Shown piece after piece: positions 27,519 to 35,938 of a stretch of DNA of 39,214 bases. The stretch's first letter is position 1; every line of letters starts with the position of its first letter. The notes beneath the pieces are model-generated. The model saw only the letters and a program-made list of their open reading frames with translations. It was not told where the DNA came from and searched no databases. The translations under genes and the position numbers were made by a program. The stretch is from Anaerolineales bacterium (GTDB lineage: Bacteria > Chloroflexota > Anaerolineae > Anaerolineales > DRMV01), in NCBI GenBank assembly GCA_026985785.1, contig JALSPT010000136.1, positions 1 to 39,214 of the forward strand. Direction: 5' to 3'.

Positions 27519-28781
27519 TCAAGTAGCAAATACCTGGCGAGCCTTTTCCTGCTCCGGATGACGCGGCAACAGCACGGTAACCACCGTGCCTTTTCCCTCC
27601 TCGCTCTCGGCCCAAATCGTTCCCCGATGGGCTTCGGCCATCGCCTTGGCAATGGACAACCCCAAGCCCAGCCCGCCGTGATGGCGGGTGAGGTGTTTTT
27701 CCACCTGGTAGAAGCGGTCGAAGATGTGAGGAAGGTCCTCGGCGGGGATGCCCACGCCGGTGTCGCTGACGGCAATTTGAAAATAACGCTCATAGGGTCG
27801 TAGTTCCACCAGCACCCGCCCGCCTTTGTCGGTAAAAGCAAGGGCATTTTTGAGCAGATGCCGCAGGATGATGGTTACCTTGTCAGGGTCCACAGTGGCT
27901 ACCACGGGCTGGGGCGGCAACCGCACCTCCAAAGCAATTTGGCGCTCTTGAGCCTGCATCTTGAAGCGGGCAACAACGCCCGCGATGAGTTCTCGGACGT
28001 CTACCTCCTGCAGCCCTAAAACGGCGGTATTCTGCTGGAAGTTTTCCAGATGGCTCAGTTCCTCCACAATGTCCTTCAACTGCAGCGCGGCGCGGACGAT
28101 AGCGCGCAAAGGAGATTCATAGGGCTCCGAGAGCACCTCTTGTAAATGCGTCGCATACCCCAGGATGATGCCCAAAGGCGTGCGCAGCTCATGGGAAGCA
28201 ATGGCAATGAAATCGGACTTCATATCGTCCACGCGCCGCAGTTCCCGATATGCCCGCTGGGCCTCGGCAAGCAAACGGGCATTATGCAACGCCACGGCGG
28301 CCTGAGAGGCCAAAATAGAAGCCAATTCCATATCTTCCGGCGTGAAAGCGCCCGCTCGCTTGTTGAGAACTTCCAGCACGCCCAAAGGCTCGTCTTCCCG
28401 CAGCAAGGGCACGGCCATCAGGTTGCGGGTGGTAAATTGCAGGAGCCGGTCGATGCCTCGGAAGTGCTGTTCGGAAGAGGCCACGTGCTCTTGCACCACT
28501 GGCTTGTGCTCCACCAATGCCTTCCCCGCCAGGCTGTTGCGCAGCGGCACCGTTTGGCCTTTGAGGGCTTGCCAATGCGCAGGCGGGGCAGCCGCAAAAC
28601 GCAGTTGGTTGGTTTCGGCATCGTAGAGTAAAATAGAGGCCGCTTCGCTTTCCAGAACCTCCATCGCTGCCCCAACCACCGTGTGCAACACCTGTTGGGG
28701 ATCAAGCGCCATTCCCAGCGAGCGACAGATATCCAGCAACCGTTCCAGTTTTTGCATGCGTGAGGTGGTGTGCGAGGTCAT
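27519..28781 (-). CDS. Sensor histidine kinase (GAF-HisKA-HATPase_c), cytoplasmic
   Basis: ATG at 28781 (alternative at 28757). GAF region. H-box SHELRTPL. KNALAFT, SDTGVGI, GGLGLGLS. Confidence 0.85.
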   Translation of the reverse strand: MTSHTTSRMQKLERLLDICRSLGMALDPQQVLHTVVGAAMEVLESEAASILLYDAETNQLRFAAAPPAHWQALKGQTVPLRNSLAGKALVEHKPVVQEHVASSEQHFRGIDRLLQFTTRNLMAVPLLREDEPLGVLEVLNKRAGAFTPEDMELASILASQAAVALHNARLLAEAQRAYRELRRVDDMKSDFIAIASHELRTPLGIILGYATHLQEVLSEPYESPLRAIVRAALQLKDIVEELSHLENFQQNTAVLGLQEVDVRELIAGVVARFKMQAQERQIALEVRLPPQPVVATVDPDKVTIILRHLLKNALAFTDKGGRVLVELRPYERYFQIAVSDTGVGIPAEDLPHIFDRFYQVEKHLTRHHGGLGLGLSIAKAMAEAHRGTIWAESEEGKGTVVTVLLPRHPEQEKARQVFAT

Positions 28782-28866
28782 GTCTGGATTATAGCACGGA
28801 TGCATGGCGCGACCGCGCGGCGTGGCGCGCCGCATATTTTTCAAATTCCCCTTAGGAGGCTTTGAC

Positions 28867-29952
28867 ATGGCTGACAAGAAAGTGCGTGTGGCCATCATTG
28901 GGGTGGGCAACTGCGCTTCGGCGTTGGTGCAAGGTGTTCACTTCTACCGTGAGGCCAAGGACGACGATATCGTGCCCGGTCTGATGCACGTCAACCTCGG
29001 CGGTTACCACATCAGCGACATTGAATTTACAGCCGCTTTCGATGTGGTGGATACCAAGGTGGGCAAGGACCTCTCCGAGGCCATTTTCGCTTATCCCAAC
29101 AACACCTACAAGTTTGCCGACGTGCCTCACATGGGGGTCAAGGTGTACCGGGGGATGACCCACGACGGTTTGGGCAAATATCTTTCGCAAGTGCTGACTA
29201 AGGCACCCGGCCCTACCGACGATATCGTCAAAATCCTCAAAGATACTGGCACCGACGTGGTCATCAATTTCCTGCCCGTCGGCTCGGAGATGGCCACCAA
29301 GTGGTACGTCGAGCAGATTCTGGAGGCGGGGGTGGCCTTTGTCAACGGCATTCCGGTCTTCATTGCCAGTTCGGAATACTGGGCCAAACGCTTCCGCGAT
29401 CGGGGTTTGCCCGTGATCGGCGACGATATCAAATCGCAGGTGGGCGCGACCATCCTGCATCGCACATTAACCACCCTATTCGTGGATCGCGGGGTGCGCC
29501 TCGACCGCACCTATCAGTTGAATTTTGGCGGCAACACCGACTTCCTCAACATGCTGGAGCGTGAGCGCCTGGAATCCAAGAAAATCTCCAAGACCGGCGC
29601 CGTGACCAGCACCTTGCCCTACCAGCTCCCGCCGGACAACATTCACGTCGGCCCCAGCGATTACGTCCCCTGGCTAACCGACCGCAAATGGGCTTACATC
29701 CGCATGGAAGGCACCACTTTCGGCGAAGTGCCGCTCAACGTGGAGGTCAAACTGGAGGTGTGGGATTCGCCAAATTCGGCAGGCGTGATGATCGATGCTG
29801 TTCGCTGCGCCAAACTGGCGCTCGACCGCGGCATGGCAGGCCCCATCATTGGCCCCTCGGCTTACTTCATGAAAACACCCCCCAAGCAGTTCCGCGACGA
29901 CGTTGCCCGCGAAATGACCGAAGCCTTCATCCGCGGCGAAGAGACGTCTTGA
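28867..29952 (+). CDS. ino1: Inositol-3-phosphate synthase (myo-inositol-1-phosphate synthase)
   Basis: SD AGGAGG upstream. [25 protein letters not shown]-binding N-terminus, as in bacterial/archaeal MIPS. About 361 aa. Confidence 0.9.
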   Translation: MADKKVRVAIIGVGNCASALVQGVHFYREAKDDDIVPGLMHVNLGGYHISDIEFTAAFDVVDTKVGKDLSEAIFAYPNNTYKFADVPHMGVKVYRGMTHDGLGKYLSQVLTKAPGPTDDIVKILKDTGTDVVINFLPVGSEMATKWYVEQILEAGVAFVNGIPVFIASSEYWAKRFRDRGLPVIGDDIKSQVGATILHRTLTTLFVDRGVRLDRTYQLNFGGNTDFLNMLERERLESKKISKTGAVTSTLPYQLPPDNIHVGPSDYVPWLTDRKWAYIRMEGTTFGEVPLNVEVKLEVWDSPNSAGVMIDAVRCAKLALDRGMAGPIIGPSAYFMKTPPKQFRDDVAREMTEAFIRGEETS

Positions 29953-30047
29953 CGACTCGTTTCCCCCGTGAACATCGACCCCCTGACGACTACATCCAGG
30001 GCTTTTCAATAATGGCCCAATTTACCGTATTTTGCCGCGCCGAGGTC

Positions 30048-30170
30048 GATCTCACCCATCCCCCACCCGCCTGACAGCGGCTTTCCCCCTTCCCTCTCTT
30101 AGATAAGAGAGGGAAGGGGGGGCCCGAAAAGCGCAAAATGCGCTTTTCGGGCGGGGGTTAGGAGAGATCT
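30048..30170. repeat. Nested-hairpin repeat element, copy B
   Basis: Outer arms GATCTCACCCATCCCCC and GGGGGTTAGGAGAGATC. A 16-bp polypyrimidine/polypurine hairpin (30085-30120). A 13-bp hairpin CCCGAAAAGCGCA-AAA-TGCGCTTTTCGGG. Same order and orientation as copy A. Confidence 0.8.
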
Positions 30171-30198
30171 TCGCCTCTGGAGCCATCAAGTGCAAGAC

Positions 30199-30356
30199 TT
30201 TGGAAAACCCCTGGACTACACCGCCAGGGGATTTTCCTTTGGTTGCTCACGCGTTTTCCCCTTAGGACGCCATGTTATCCGCCAGTTTTCCCCATCTATC
30301 CAGGCTTTTCCACAGGGGCGCGGGCGTTTTCCACAGATCCAGGCAGGTTTTCCACA
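30199..30356. promoter_or_regulatory. Phased cluster of DnaA-box-like 9-mers
   Basis: Perfect TTTTCCACA at 30306, 30327 and 30348, each followed by G, with unrelated spacers. Same-strand near-boxes: TTTTCCCCA 30286, TTATCCGCC 30275, TTTTCCCCT 30254, TTTTCCTTT 30232. Inverted TTTTCCAAA at 30199-30207. Box spacings are 22, 21, 11, 20, 21, 21 bp. Confidence 0.6.
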
Positions 30357-30359
30357 GGT

Positions 30360-30734
30360 TCAGAAGCACGCGCCGACCTGTACCGTGAGGGCCGTCACCA
30401 AGGCAGCCGCCATCAGCAGGCACAACAACCCCATGGCAAGCCCGCCCAGGCGTACCAGCCATAGCAGGCCCCGGTGATCATGCGGGTGGGCGGCCAGGCT
30501 TTCCAGCCACTCGCGGTACGAGCGGCGGGTGAACCAGTGATACAGCACGGCGGGTGGGCGGCGGGCAACATCATCCTCGCTCAACCCCCAGCGGCGGAAA
30601 TTGTCCAGCCGAATTTCGGCAAACGCCCGCAAATAGCGCGTCGGTTGGAACAAAAACACCCAGCCAAACCAGCCGAAGAAGACCACCGCCAACGCGGCCA
30701 GCAGATCCAGGACCCACGAAAAAAAGGTGCACAT
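30360..30734 (-). CDS. Small hypothetical membrane protein (2 predicted TM helices)
   Basis: ATG at 30734, 8 nt after the upstream stop. Hydrophobic N- and C-terminal segments. No recognisable family. Confidence 0.45.
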   Translation of the reverse strand: MCTFFSWVLDLLAALAVVFFGWFGWVFLFQPTRYLRAFAEIRLDNFRRWGLSEDDVARRPPAVLYHWFTRRSYREWLESLAAHPHDHRGLLWLVRLGGLAMGLLCLLMAAALVTALTVQVGACF

Positions 30735-30742
30735 AGCGACGC

Positions 30743-33010
30743 CTACCGCAGAGAGGCCTGATAGATCATCCGCCCCGCAGCCACGAAGAGCGTTTGGGTA
30801 TCCGGATCAACGGCAAAAGCAGAGATCTCGCCTTCCAGCAGGCGCTGCGGGCGATACTGGGAGACGAAGCGCAACTGGTAAGAGAAGTGATACACTGCCT
30901 GCCCCCGGACGTCGAGCAGGTAAAGCGAGGGGTCGGGTGGGGGAGCCACGGCGATTTGGGTGAAGCGGGTATTGGGAATCACGGCTTCTTGACCGCGGCC
31001 AGGGCGGGTGTCGTTGTATGGCAACACGTCGCAGGCTAACCCTCCCCCGGCCTGAGAGTCACAGCGGGTGACCTGACCATCTTCGTGGAGCAGGTAAAAG
31101 CCTCCGCGCGTGACGGTCAGCGCAATGGCATTTTCGATACCAGGGGGCGCGCCGGTGGTGAAAGCATTATAAGGCGAAGCGCCAAATTCCCCTTCGCCGT
31201 CCATATCCACAATTTCTACGGTTTTGTTGGGCGGATCCAAGACGTAAAGCGAGCCATCCTGATAATCGATGGCGCGGGGCTGCTTCCAGTTGGATGGGGT
31301 AGCAGGGGGGAGAGCAAAGGCGGTTTCCTCCCGATCGAGGCCGCAGAGAAGCGCATGCCCCGCATCGTCAATACCGACCACGCTGTAGGCATTGGGGTAA
31401 GGTTGGAGAGCAAGGAGTGCAATATCCACTAGCGGACGCATCCCGATAGAAGCAAAAGCCGTGGTCTGACACTGAAAGTCATCATCCCGCCGGTAATGCT
31501 CCCCATCGAGGCGAAAATGAAAGACGCGCTGGCCGCTGCTTTCCAGAGCGTAGAGGTCAGCCCCCTGGAAAAGCAAACGGCGGACGGTGGTGTCGGGCGG
31601 CAGGCGATCGGAAACCGGTACGAAATCCAACCGCTGCACGCCGTCCAAGCGATCGAGTTCCTTCTGAATGCGGCTGTGAAGTGCCGCCGACGCCTCGTTG
31701 CGGTAATAGGCTTCGGCAGCCCGGACATCGCGCAGGGCTTCGACCAAAGCGTTTCGGCGGGTGATGGGCTCCTGGATGGCTTCGGCCTGGCGGGCTTCGG
31801 TTTGGGCACGGGCCAGGTAAGCGTGGAACTGCTGCAGGCGGCCGCGGCGAATGAAGACCACCACTGCAATGGTCACCACAACCAGCGGCACGGCCACCGC
31901 CGTAAGCGCCATGAAGGAGCGTGGGAGGGCAAACACTTCTTCCACTGAGGTGGAAAGCCCGCGCCTGGCAGCAGCGGCCAGCGCCCCGATGGCTTTTTCG
32001 CCGCCCAGCCAGAGGGCTGCCAGCCCCCGCCGCGCCCCCTCGCCCAGGCTACGGAAGAAAGTCCCCACCTTGGCTTTCCTCGCTTTGGCGGCGACGGGCT
32101 TCCGCGGGGGCGGAGGCGGCGAAGGCGAAGCGGCTTCCGCTTGCGGGGGGGGGTGGGAGGGCGAGGTGTCCTTCGGCGGCAGCGAAGCGCCCTTTGGGGG
32201 CGGCGGCATAGCAGGGAGAGGCGTGGGTTTGGCCTTCGTGGGCGGTGGTGGCGGAGGGGCAGCAGGCGAATCAGCCGGTTCCGCCGCAGCAGGCGGAGCA
32301 GGCGAAGGCGTTTTGGCTGGCGCTTTCTCTTGCCCCAAGACCACCCGTTTGTTCTCGCCGGTGGTACGCGGTTGCACGATGATGGCTTCTGCCTCCCCGC
32401 GGTAGGCCATCAAGCGCCGCAACAAGGGAGCGATCAGGCGGCGCTCGTTGAGGTGCAGCATCTCGTTTGTCCAACCGGCAGGGAGGTAGGGCGTCAGCAG
32501 AAGCACGTCACCGGGCTGCACGGTGGCGCTGGCAAAATAAACCCGTGTACTGCGCCCCAGCCCCAAGCCGCGCCCGCTGAGGCTCGGCTCGTGGTAATGT
32601 TGGGTTTCCTCACCCATCACCACAGCATGCATCGGGCCAGAAAGCGCCATGTAGAGCGTATGCTCGCGCCACACGGCCAGAGCAAGCCAGCCGATGGCCT
32701 GTTTGCCCTGACCGGTGAATTTGCGGTTGCGGTTGAGGAAATACAGGTTGAGCGCCGAAGCGAGTTCTTTCAACGCCGCGGTTACCGACCCCCCTTGGGA
32801 AAAATAGCGCTCGGCCAACTTATCCACCAGCGCCCGCTGCTCCTTCTTTCCCAAAGGCGCGTTGCCTTCCTGATGAAGATAGACCAGCAAGACATCGCGA
32901 CGGCGCATTCTGTGGGGGCGGCGCGGTGGCGTGTAGACGGCTGCCGCGGGGATATCGCCGTAGCCCCCGTGGCCATCGTGTCGCAAAATGAAAAGATGAT
33001 AGTTCCACAT
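30743..33010 (-). CDS. Hypothetical membrane protein: degenerate PP2C-like N-domain, Pro-rich linker, TM helix, beta-propeller-like ectodomain
   Basis: 755-aa ORF with coding-like composition. N-terminus resembles the PP2C fold pattern (WLALAVWREHTLYMALSGP, VQPGDVLLLTPY) without metal-binding Asp motifs. P/A-rich segment, then TM FMALTAVAVPLVVVTIAVVVFI. Repeated LY.L....G.V..F strands follow. Confidence 0.6.
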   Translation of the reverse strand: MWNYHLFILRHDGHGGYGDIPAAAVYTPPRRPHRMRRRDVLLVYLHQEGNAPLGKKEQRALVDKLAERYFSQGGSVTAALKELASALNLYFLNRNRKFTGQGKQAIGWLALAVWREHTLYMALSGPMHAVVMGEETQHYHEPSLSGRGLGLGRSTRVYFASATVQPGDVLLLTPYLPAGWTNEMLHLNERRLIAPLLRRLMAYRGEAEAIIVQPRTTGENKRVVLGQEKAPAKTPSPAPPAAAEPADSPAAPPPPPPTKAKPTPLPAMPPPPKGASLPPKDTSPSHPPPQAEAASPSPPPPPRKPVAAKARKAKVGTFFRSLGEGARRGLAALWLGGEKAIGALAAAARRGLSTSVEEVFALPRSFMALTAVAVPLVVVTIAVVVFIRRGRLQQFHAYLARAQTEARQAEAIQEPITRRNALVEALRDVRAAEAYYRNEASAALHSRIQKELDRLDGVQRLDFVPVSDRLPPDTTVRRLLFQGADLYALESSGQRVFHFRLDGEHYRRDDDFQCQTTAFASIGMRPLVDIALLALQPYPNAYSVVGIDDAGHALLCGLDREETAFALPPATPSNWKQPRAIDYQDGSLYVLDPPNKTVEIVDMDGEGEFGASPYNAFTTGAPPGIENAIALTVTRGGFYLLHEDGQVTRCDSQAGGGLACDVLPYNDTRPGRGQEAVIPNTRFTQIAVAPPPDPSLYLLDVRGQAVYHFSYQLRFVSQYRPQRLLEGEISAFAVDPDTQTLFVAAGRMIYQASLR

Positions 33011-33025
33011 AGTCCAAAGAGAGGC

Positions 33026-33805
33026 TCAGCGGCGGCGCATCTGACGGGCTGTGAAAAGCCATAGCCCAATCCCACCAAAGAAGAAAAGCGCCCCAACGAT
33101 GCCCAAGAGAGGCGATTTATGGGATTGAGGGGCAGGCTCCGTTGGCGGCGCGGCGCGCTGGGCGCCGAAGGTGACGTAGGTGGTGTCGCCGGGGCGCAGT
33201 TTGAGGGTCACGTTGGGTTCGGTCGTGGGATTGTAGCCTTGAGGAACGGCCATCGTCACAATGTATTCGCCTTCTTCCAGGTCTTCGAAGCATATGAAAT
33301 CTTTGCTCGTGGTCTTTCTGGTCAAGGAGGTTTTGCCCACGCGTGTGGTCACGCTGACCGCGCCGCCGCGCAGGGGGTGTTCGATGTCCTCTTCGTACAG
33401 ACCGTCGCCGTTGACGTCGTTGTAGAGCAACACGCATAGGGTGCCCACGCCGGGGGGAGGGGTGGGTGTGGGGGTGATGGTAGGCGGCGCGCCGGGGGCC
33501 AGCGTGGGGGTGGGTTGCTCGGAGACGCCGACGCCCAGGATGAGCACCTGACCGGGCTGCAACGGCTGATCGGGGCGCAGGTTGTTGAGCGCCCGCAACT
33601 CGTCCACCGAGATCCCGGCGATGGCCGCGATCCGCCAGAGGGTATCGCCGGGTTGCACTTTGTAGCGGATGACACCATCAGCTCCGGGCGTGGGGGTAGG
33701 GAAAGGGGTAAGGACCGGCTGCACGCGCGCCTCCACCCTTGACAACTGCCCGACCATCGTTGCCGCTGCAACCAGGAGCAAAAAGAGTGCCATCCGCTTG
33801 AGCAT
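33026..33805 (-). CDS. LysM domain protein with SdrD-B/Cna-like domain and C-terminal membrane anchor
   Basis: ATG at 33805 with a signal peptide. LysM (YKVQPGDTLWRIAAIAGISVDELRALNNL), a PT linker, NDVNGDGLYEEDIEHPL, and a C-terminal TM helix plus RRR. Confidence 0.8.
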   Translation of the reverse strand: MLKRMALFLLLVAAATMVGQLSRVEARVQPVLTPFPTPTPGADGVIRYKVQPGDTLWRIAAIAGISVDELRALNNLRPDQPLQPGQVLILGVGVSEQPTPTLAPGAPPTITPTPTPPPGVGTLCVLLYNDVNGDGLYEEDIEHPLRGGAVSVTTRVGKTSLTRKTTSKDFICFEDLEEGEYIVTMAVPQGYNPTTEPNVTLKLRPGDTTYVTFGAQRAAPPTEPAPQSHKSPLLGIVGALFFFGGIGLWLFTARQMRRR

Positions 33806-33892
33806 GGTCTCATTATACCCCGAACCCTTTCGGGCGTGCCGAGACGAAAAAGCCCCCGTCGTGTGCGGGGGCAAGATGATGCGGGGGCCGGC

Positions 33893-35095
33893 TCAAATGA
33901 CGCCGGTTTCCTTCCCTACTTTGTAATAGGCCTCCAGGACCCGATCGATCTGCTCATCGGTGTGGGTAGCCATGTACGAAGTGCGGAGCAGGGATTTGTT
34001 AGGCGGCACGGCGGGAGGGAGCACTGGGTTGACGAACACGCCTTCCTCGAACAGCCGCTTCCACACGAAAATCGTCTTCATGTGGTCGCCGATGATGATG
34101 GGGATGATGGGCGTCTCGCTGGTGCCGGTATCGTAGCCCATCGCGGTGAGTTCTTGCTTCACCCGGCGGGCAATCGTCCACAGGCGCTCGCGGCGCTCCG
34201 GCTCTTCTTTCATGATGCGCAGGGCGGCGCGCGCCGCCGCGGCGTTGGCAGCCGGGATGCTGGCGCTGAAGATCATCGAACGCCCAAAATGCTGGATGTA
34301 TTGCACCACATCGGCATCGCCGGCGATGAAGCCGCCTAAGGAAGCGAATGATTTGCTGAAGGTGCTCATGATGAGATCCACGCCCTCGGTGACGCCGAAA
34401 TGCGCCGCCGTGCCGTTGCCCTGCGGGCCCAACACGCCCATGCTGTGGGCATCGTCCACCATCAACCTGGCGTTGTAGCGCCGACAGATTGCGATCATCT
34501 CCGGCAACGGCGCGATGTCTCCATCCATGCTGTAAATGCCGTCTACCACCACCATCCGCCCCCGGGAAGGTTCAATTCTGGAAAGCACCCGCTCCAGGTC
34601 GTTCATGTCGTTGTGCTTGAAGCGGAGGATGCGCCCCTGGGAGAGCAAGGCACCATCCACGATGCTGGCATGGTCGGCGCGGTCCAACACCACCACATCC
34701 TCACGATTGACCATGGCCTGGATGGTGCCTAAGTTGGTCTGGTAGCCGGTGCTGAAGACCAGGGCGGCCTCTTTACCGACGAAATCGGCCAGTTCTTCCT
34801 CCAGTTCCTTGTGCAACCGCAAGGTGCCGTTGAGAAAACGGGAACCGGTGTTGGAAGTGCCGTACTTGCGGATGGCCTCGATGGCCGCCTCGCGCACCTT
34901 GGGATGGGTGGTCAGCCCCAAGTAGTTGTTGGAGCCGCACATGATGAGGCGATGCCCTTGGTAGTCCACCTCGGTGCCTTCGTTTTCGTCCAAAGGCAGG
35001 AAGTAAGGATAGTATCCGCCCTCGATGGCCTCTTGGGCTTCGGTGAATTCGGCGACTTTGGCGAAGATATCCTTGATAGATGGAGCTTCGCTCAT
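33893..35095 (-). CDS. Alpha-oxoamine synthase, serine palmitoyltransferase-like (PLP-dependent)
   Basis: ATG at 35095 with SD GAGGAGG. NNYLGL, GSRFLNGT, VFSTGYQTNLG, DRADHASIVDG, PLP-Lys in STFSKSFASLGG, RERLW, C-terminal GKETGVI. From memory it is closer to bacterial Spt than to E. coli Kbl or BioF. Confidence 0.8.
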   Translation of the reverse strand: MSEAPSIKDIFAKVAEFTEAQEAIEGGYYPYFLPLDENEGTEVDYQGHRLIMCGSNNYLGLTTHPKVREAAIEAIRKYGTSNTGSRFLNGTLRLHKELEEELADFVGKEAALVFSTGYQTNLGTIQAMVNREDVVVLDRADHASIVDGALLSQGRILRFKHNDMNDLERVLSRIEPSRGRMVVVDGIYSMDGDIAPLPEMIAICRRYNARLMVDDAHSMGVLGPQGNGTAAHFGVTEGVDLIMSTFSKSFASLGGFIAGDADVVQYIQHFGRSMIFSASIPAANAAAARAALRIMKEEPERRERLWTIARRVKQELTAMGYDTGTSETPIIPIIIGDHMKTIFVWKRLFEEGVFVNPVLPPAVPPNKSLLRTSYMATHTDEQIDRVLEAYYKVGKETGVI

Positions 35096-35185
35096 GATGG
35101 CCTCCTCGGAAAAAGCGACGAATAAAGGCAGCAATGTACGACTCTATTTTACACCTACTTGGCAGCATGTGGCCTGGCTAAATGC

Positions 35186-35194
35186 TGCTATAAT
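35186..35194 (+). promoter_or_regulatory. Extended -10 promoter element (TGcTATAAT) for the downstream SDR gene
   Basis: TG at 35186-35187 and TATAAT at 35189-35194, about 36 nt upstream of the ATG. It overlaps the 7-bp inverted repeat GCAGCAT(35162-35168)/ATGCTGC(35182-35188). Confidence 0.4.
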
Positions 35195-35230
35195 CGCCCG
35201 GTGACAAATTGCATCTCGTGGAGGTGAGCC

Positions 35231-35923
35231 ATGGAAGTGTTGATCACCGGGAGCAACCGGGGATTGGGATTGGAATGGGTGCGTCAGTTGGCTGGGCGGG
35301 GGGAAACGGTATGGGCGGCAGCCCGTCATCCGGCGCGGGCCGAGGCGCTGCAACGCCTGGCCGCCCGATACCCCGCCGTACATCCTCTGGCGATGGACGT
35401 CGGCGACGAAGCAAGCATCGCGGCTGCCGTAGCCGAAATTGCCCGCCACACCGATGCTTTGGATGTGGTGATCAACAACGCCGGCGTGTTGCCCGAGGGG
35501 GAAACGATCGCCAATTTGCGGCGAGAGGACATGCTGACCGCCTGCCGGGTCAACGCCATCGGGCCGATGCTGGTCGTGCAGCATACGCTGCCGCTGTTGC
35601 GTCGGGGGCGGCGCAAGGTGATTTTCAATGTCTCCACGATGCTGGCCTCGCTCACTTTGAAACACGGCAGGAGCTACTATAGTTACTCGGCCAGCAAAGC
35701 GGCGCTCAACATGTTCACACGCACGCTGGCCGCCGAATTGCGTCCCGAGGGCATCATTGCCGTGGTGGTGCATCCCGGCTGGGTGCGTACCGACATGGGC
35801 GGTCCCGCCGCGCCTTTGCTCCCCCACGACTCGGTGCGCGGGATGCTTGCGCTGTTGGATGGCCTCACGCTGGAACACAGCGGGCGTTTCTGGACATGGG
35901 AAGGCAAGGAGCATCCCTGGTAG
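35231..35923 (+). CDS. SDR family oxidoreductase (small, CsgA/C-factor-like class)
   Basis: SD GGAGGTGA upstream. ITGSNRGLG, NNAG, YSASKAALN. 230 aa. Confidence 0.8.
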   Translation: MEVLITGSNRGLGLEWVRQLAGRGETVWAAARHPARAEALQRLAARYPAVHPLAMDVGDEASIAAAVAEIARHTDALDVVINNAGVLPEGETIANLRREDMLTACRVNAIGPMLVVQHTLPLLRRGRRKVIFNVSTMLASLTLKHGRSYYSYSASKAALNMFTRTLAAELRPEGIIAVVVHPGWVRTDMGGPAAPLLPHDSVRGMLALLDGLTLEHSGRFWTWEGKEHPW

Positions 35924-35938
35924 TTTTTCCCCCGCAGG

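Noticed and set aside
30003-30034. Locally AT-rich patch (about 69% AT) as a possible DNA-unwinding element for an origin.
   Set aside because: It is too short, has no repeated AT-rich 13-mers or DnaA-trio pattern, and is separated from the boxes by the hairpin element. It is mentioned only as context in the DnaA-box finding.
30190-30477. 95-aa plus-strand ORF covering the DnaA-box cluster.
   Set aside because: It has no SD and a poor, repeat-driven composition. Its reading frame is generated by the phased TTTTCC(A/C)C motifs, and it overlaps the 3' end of the minus-strand membrane protein gene.
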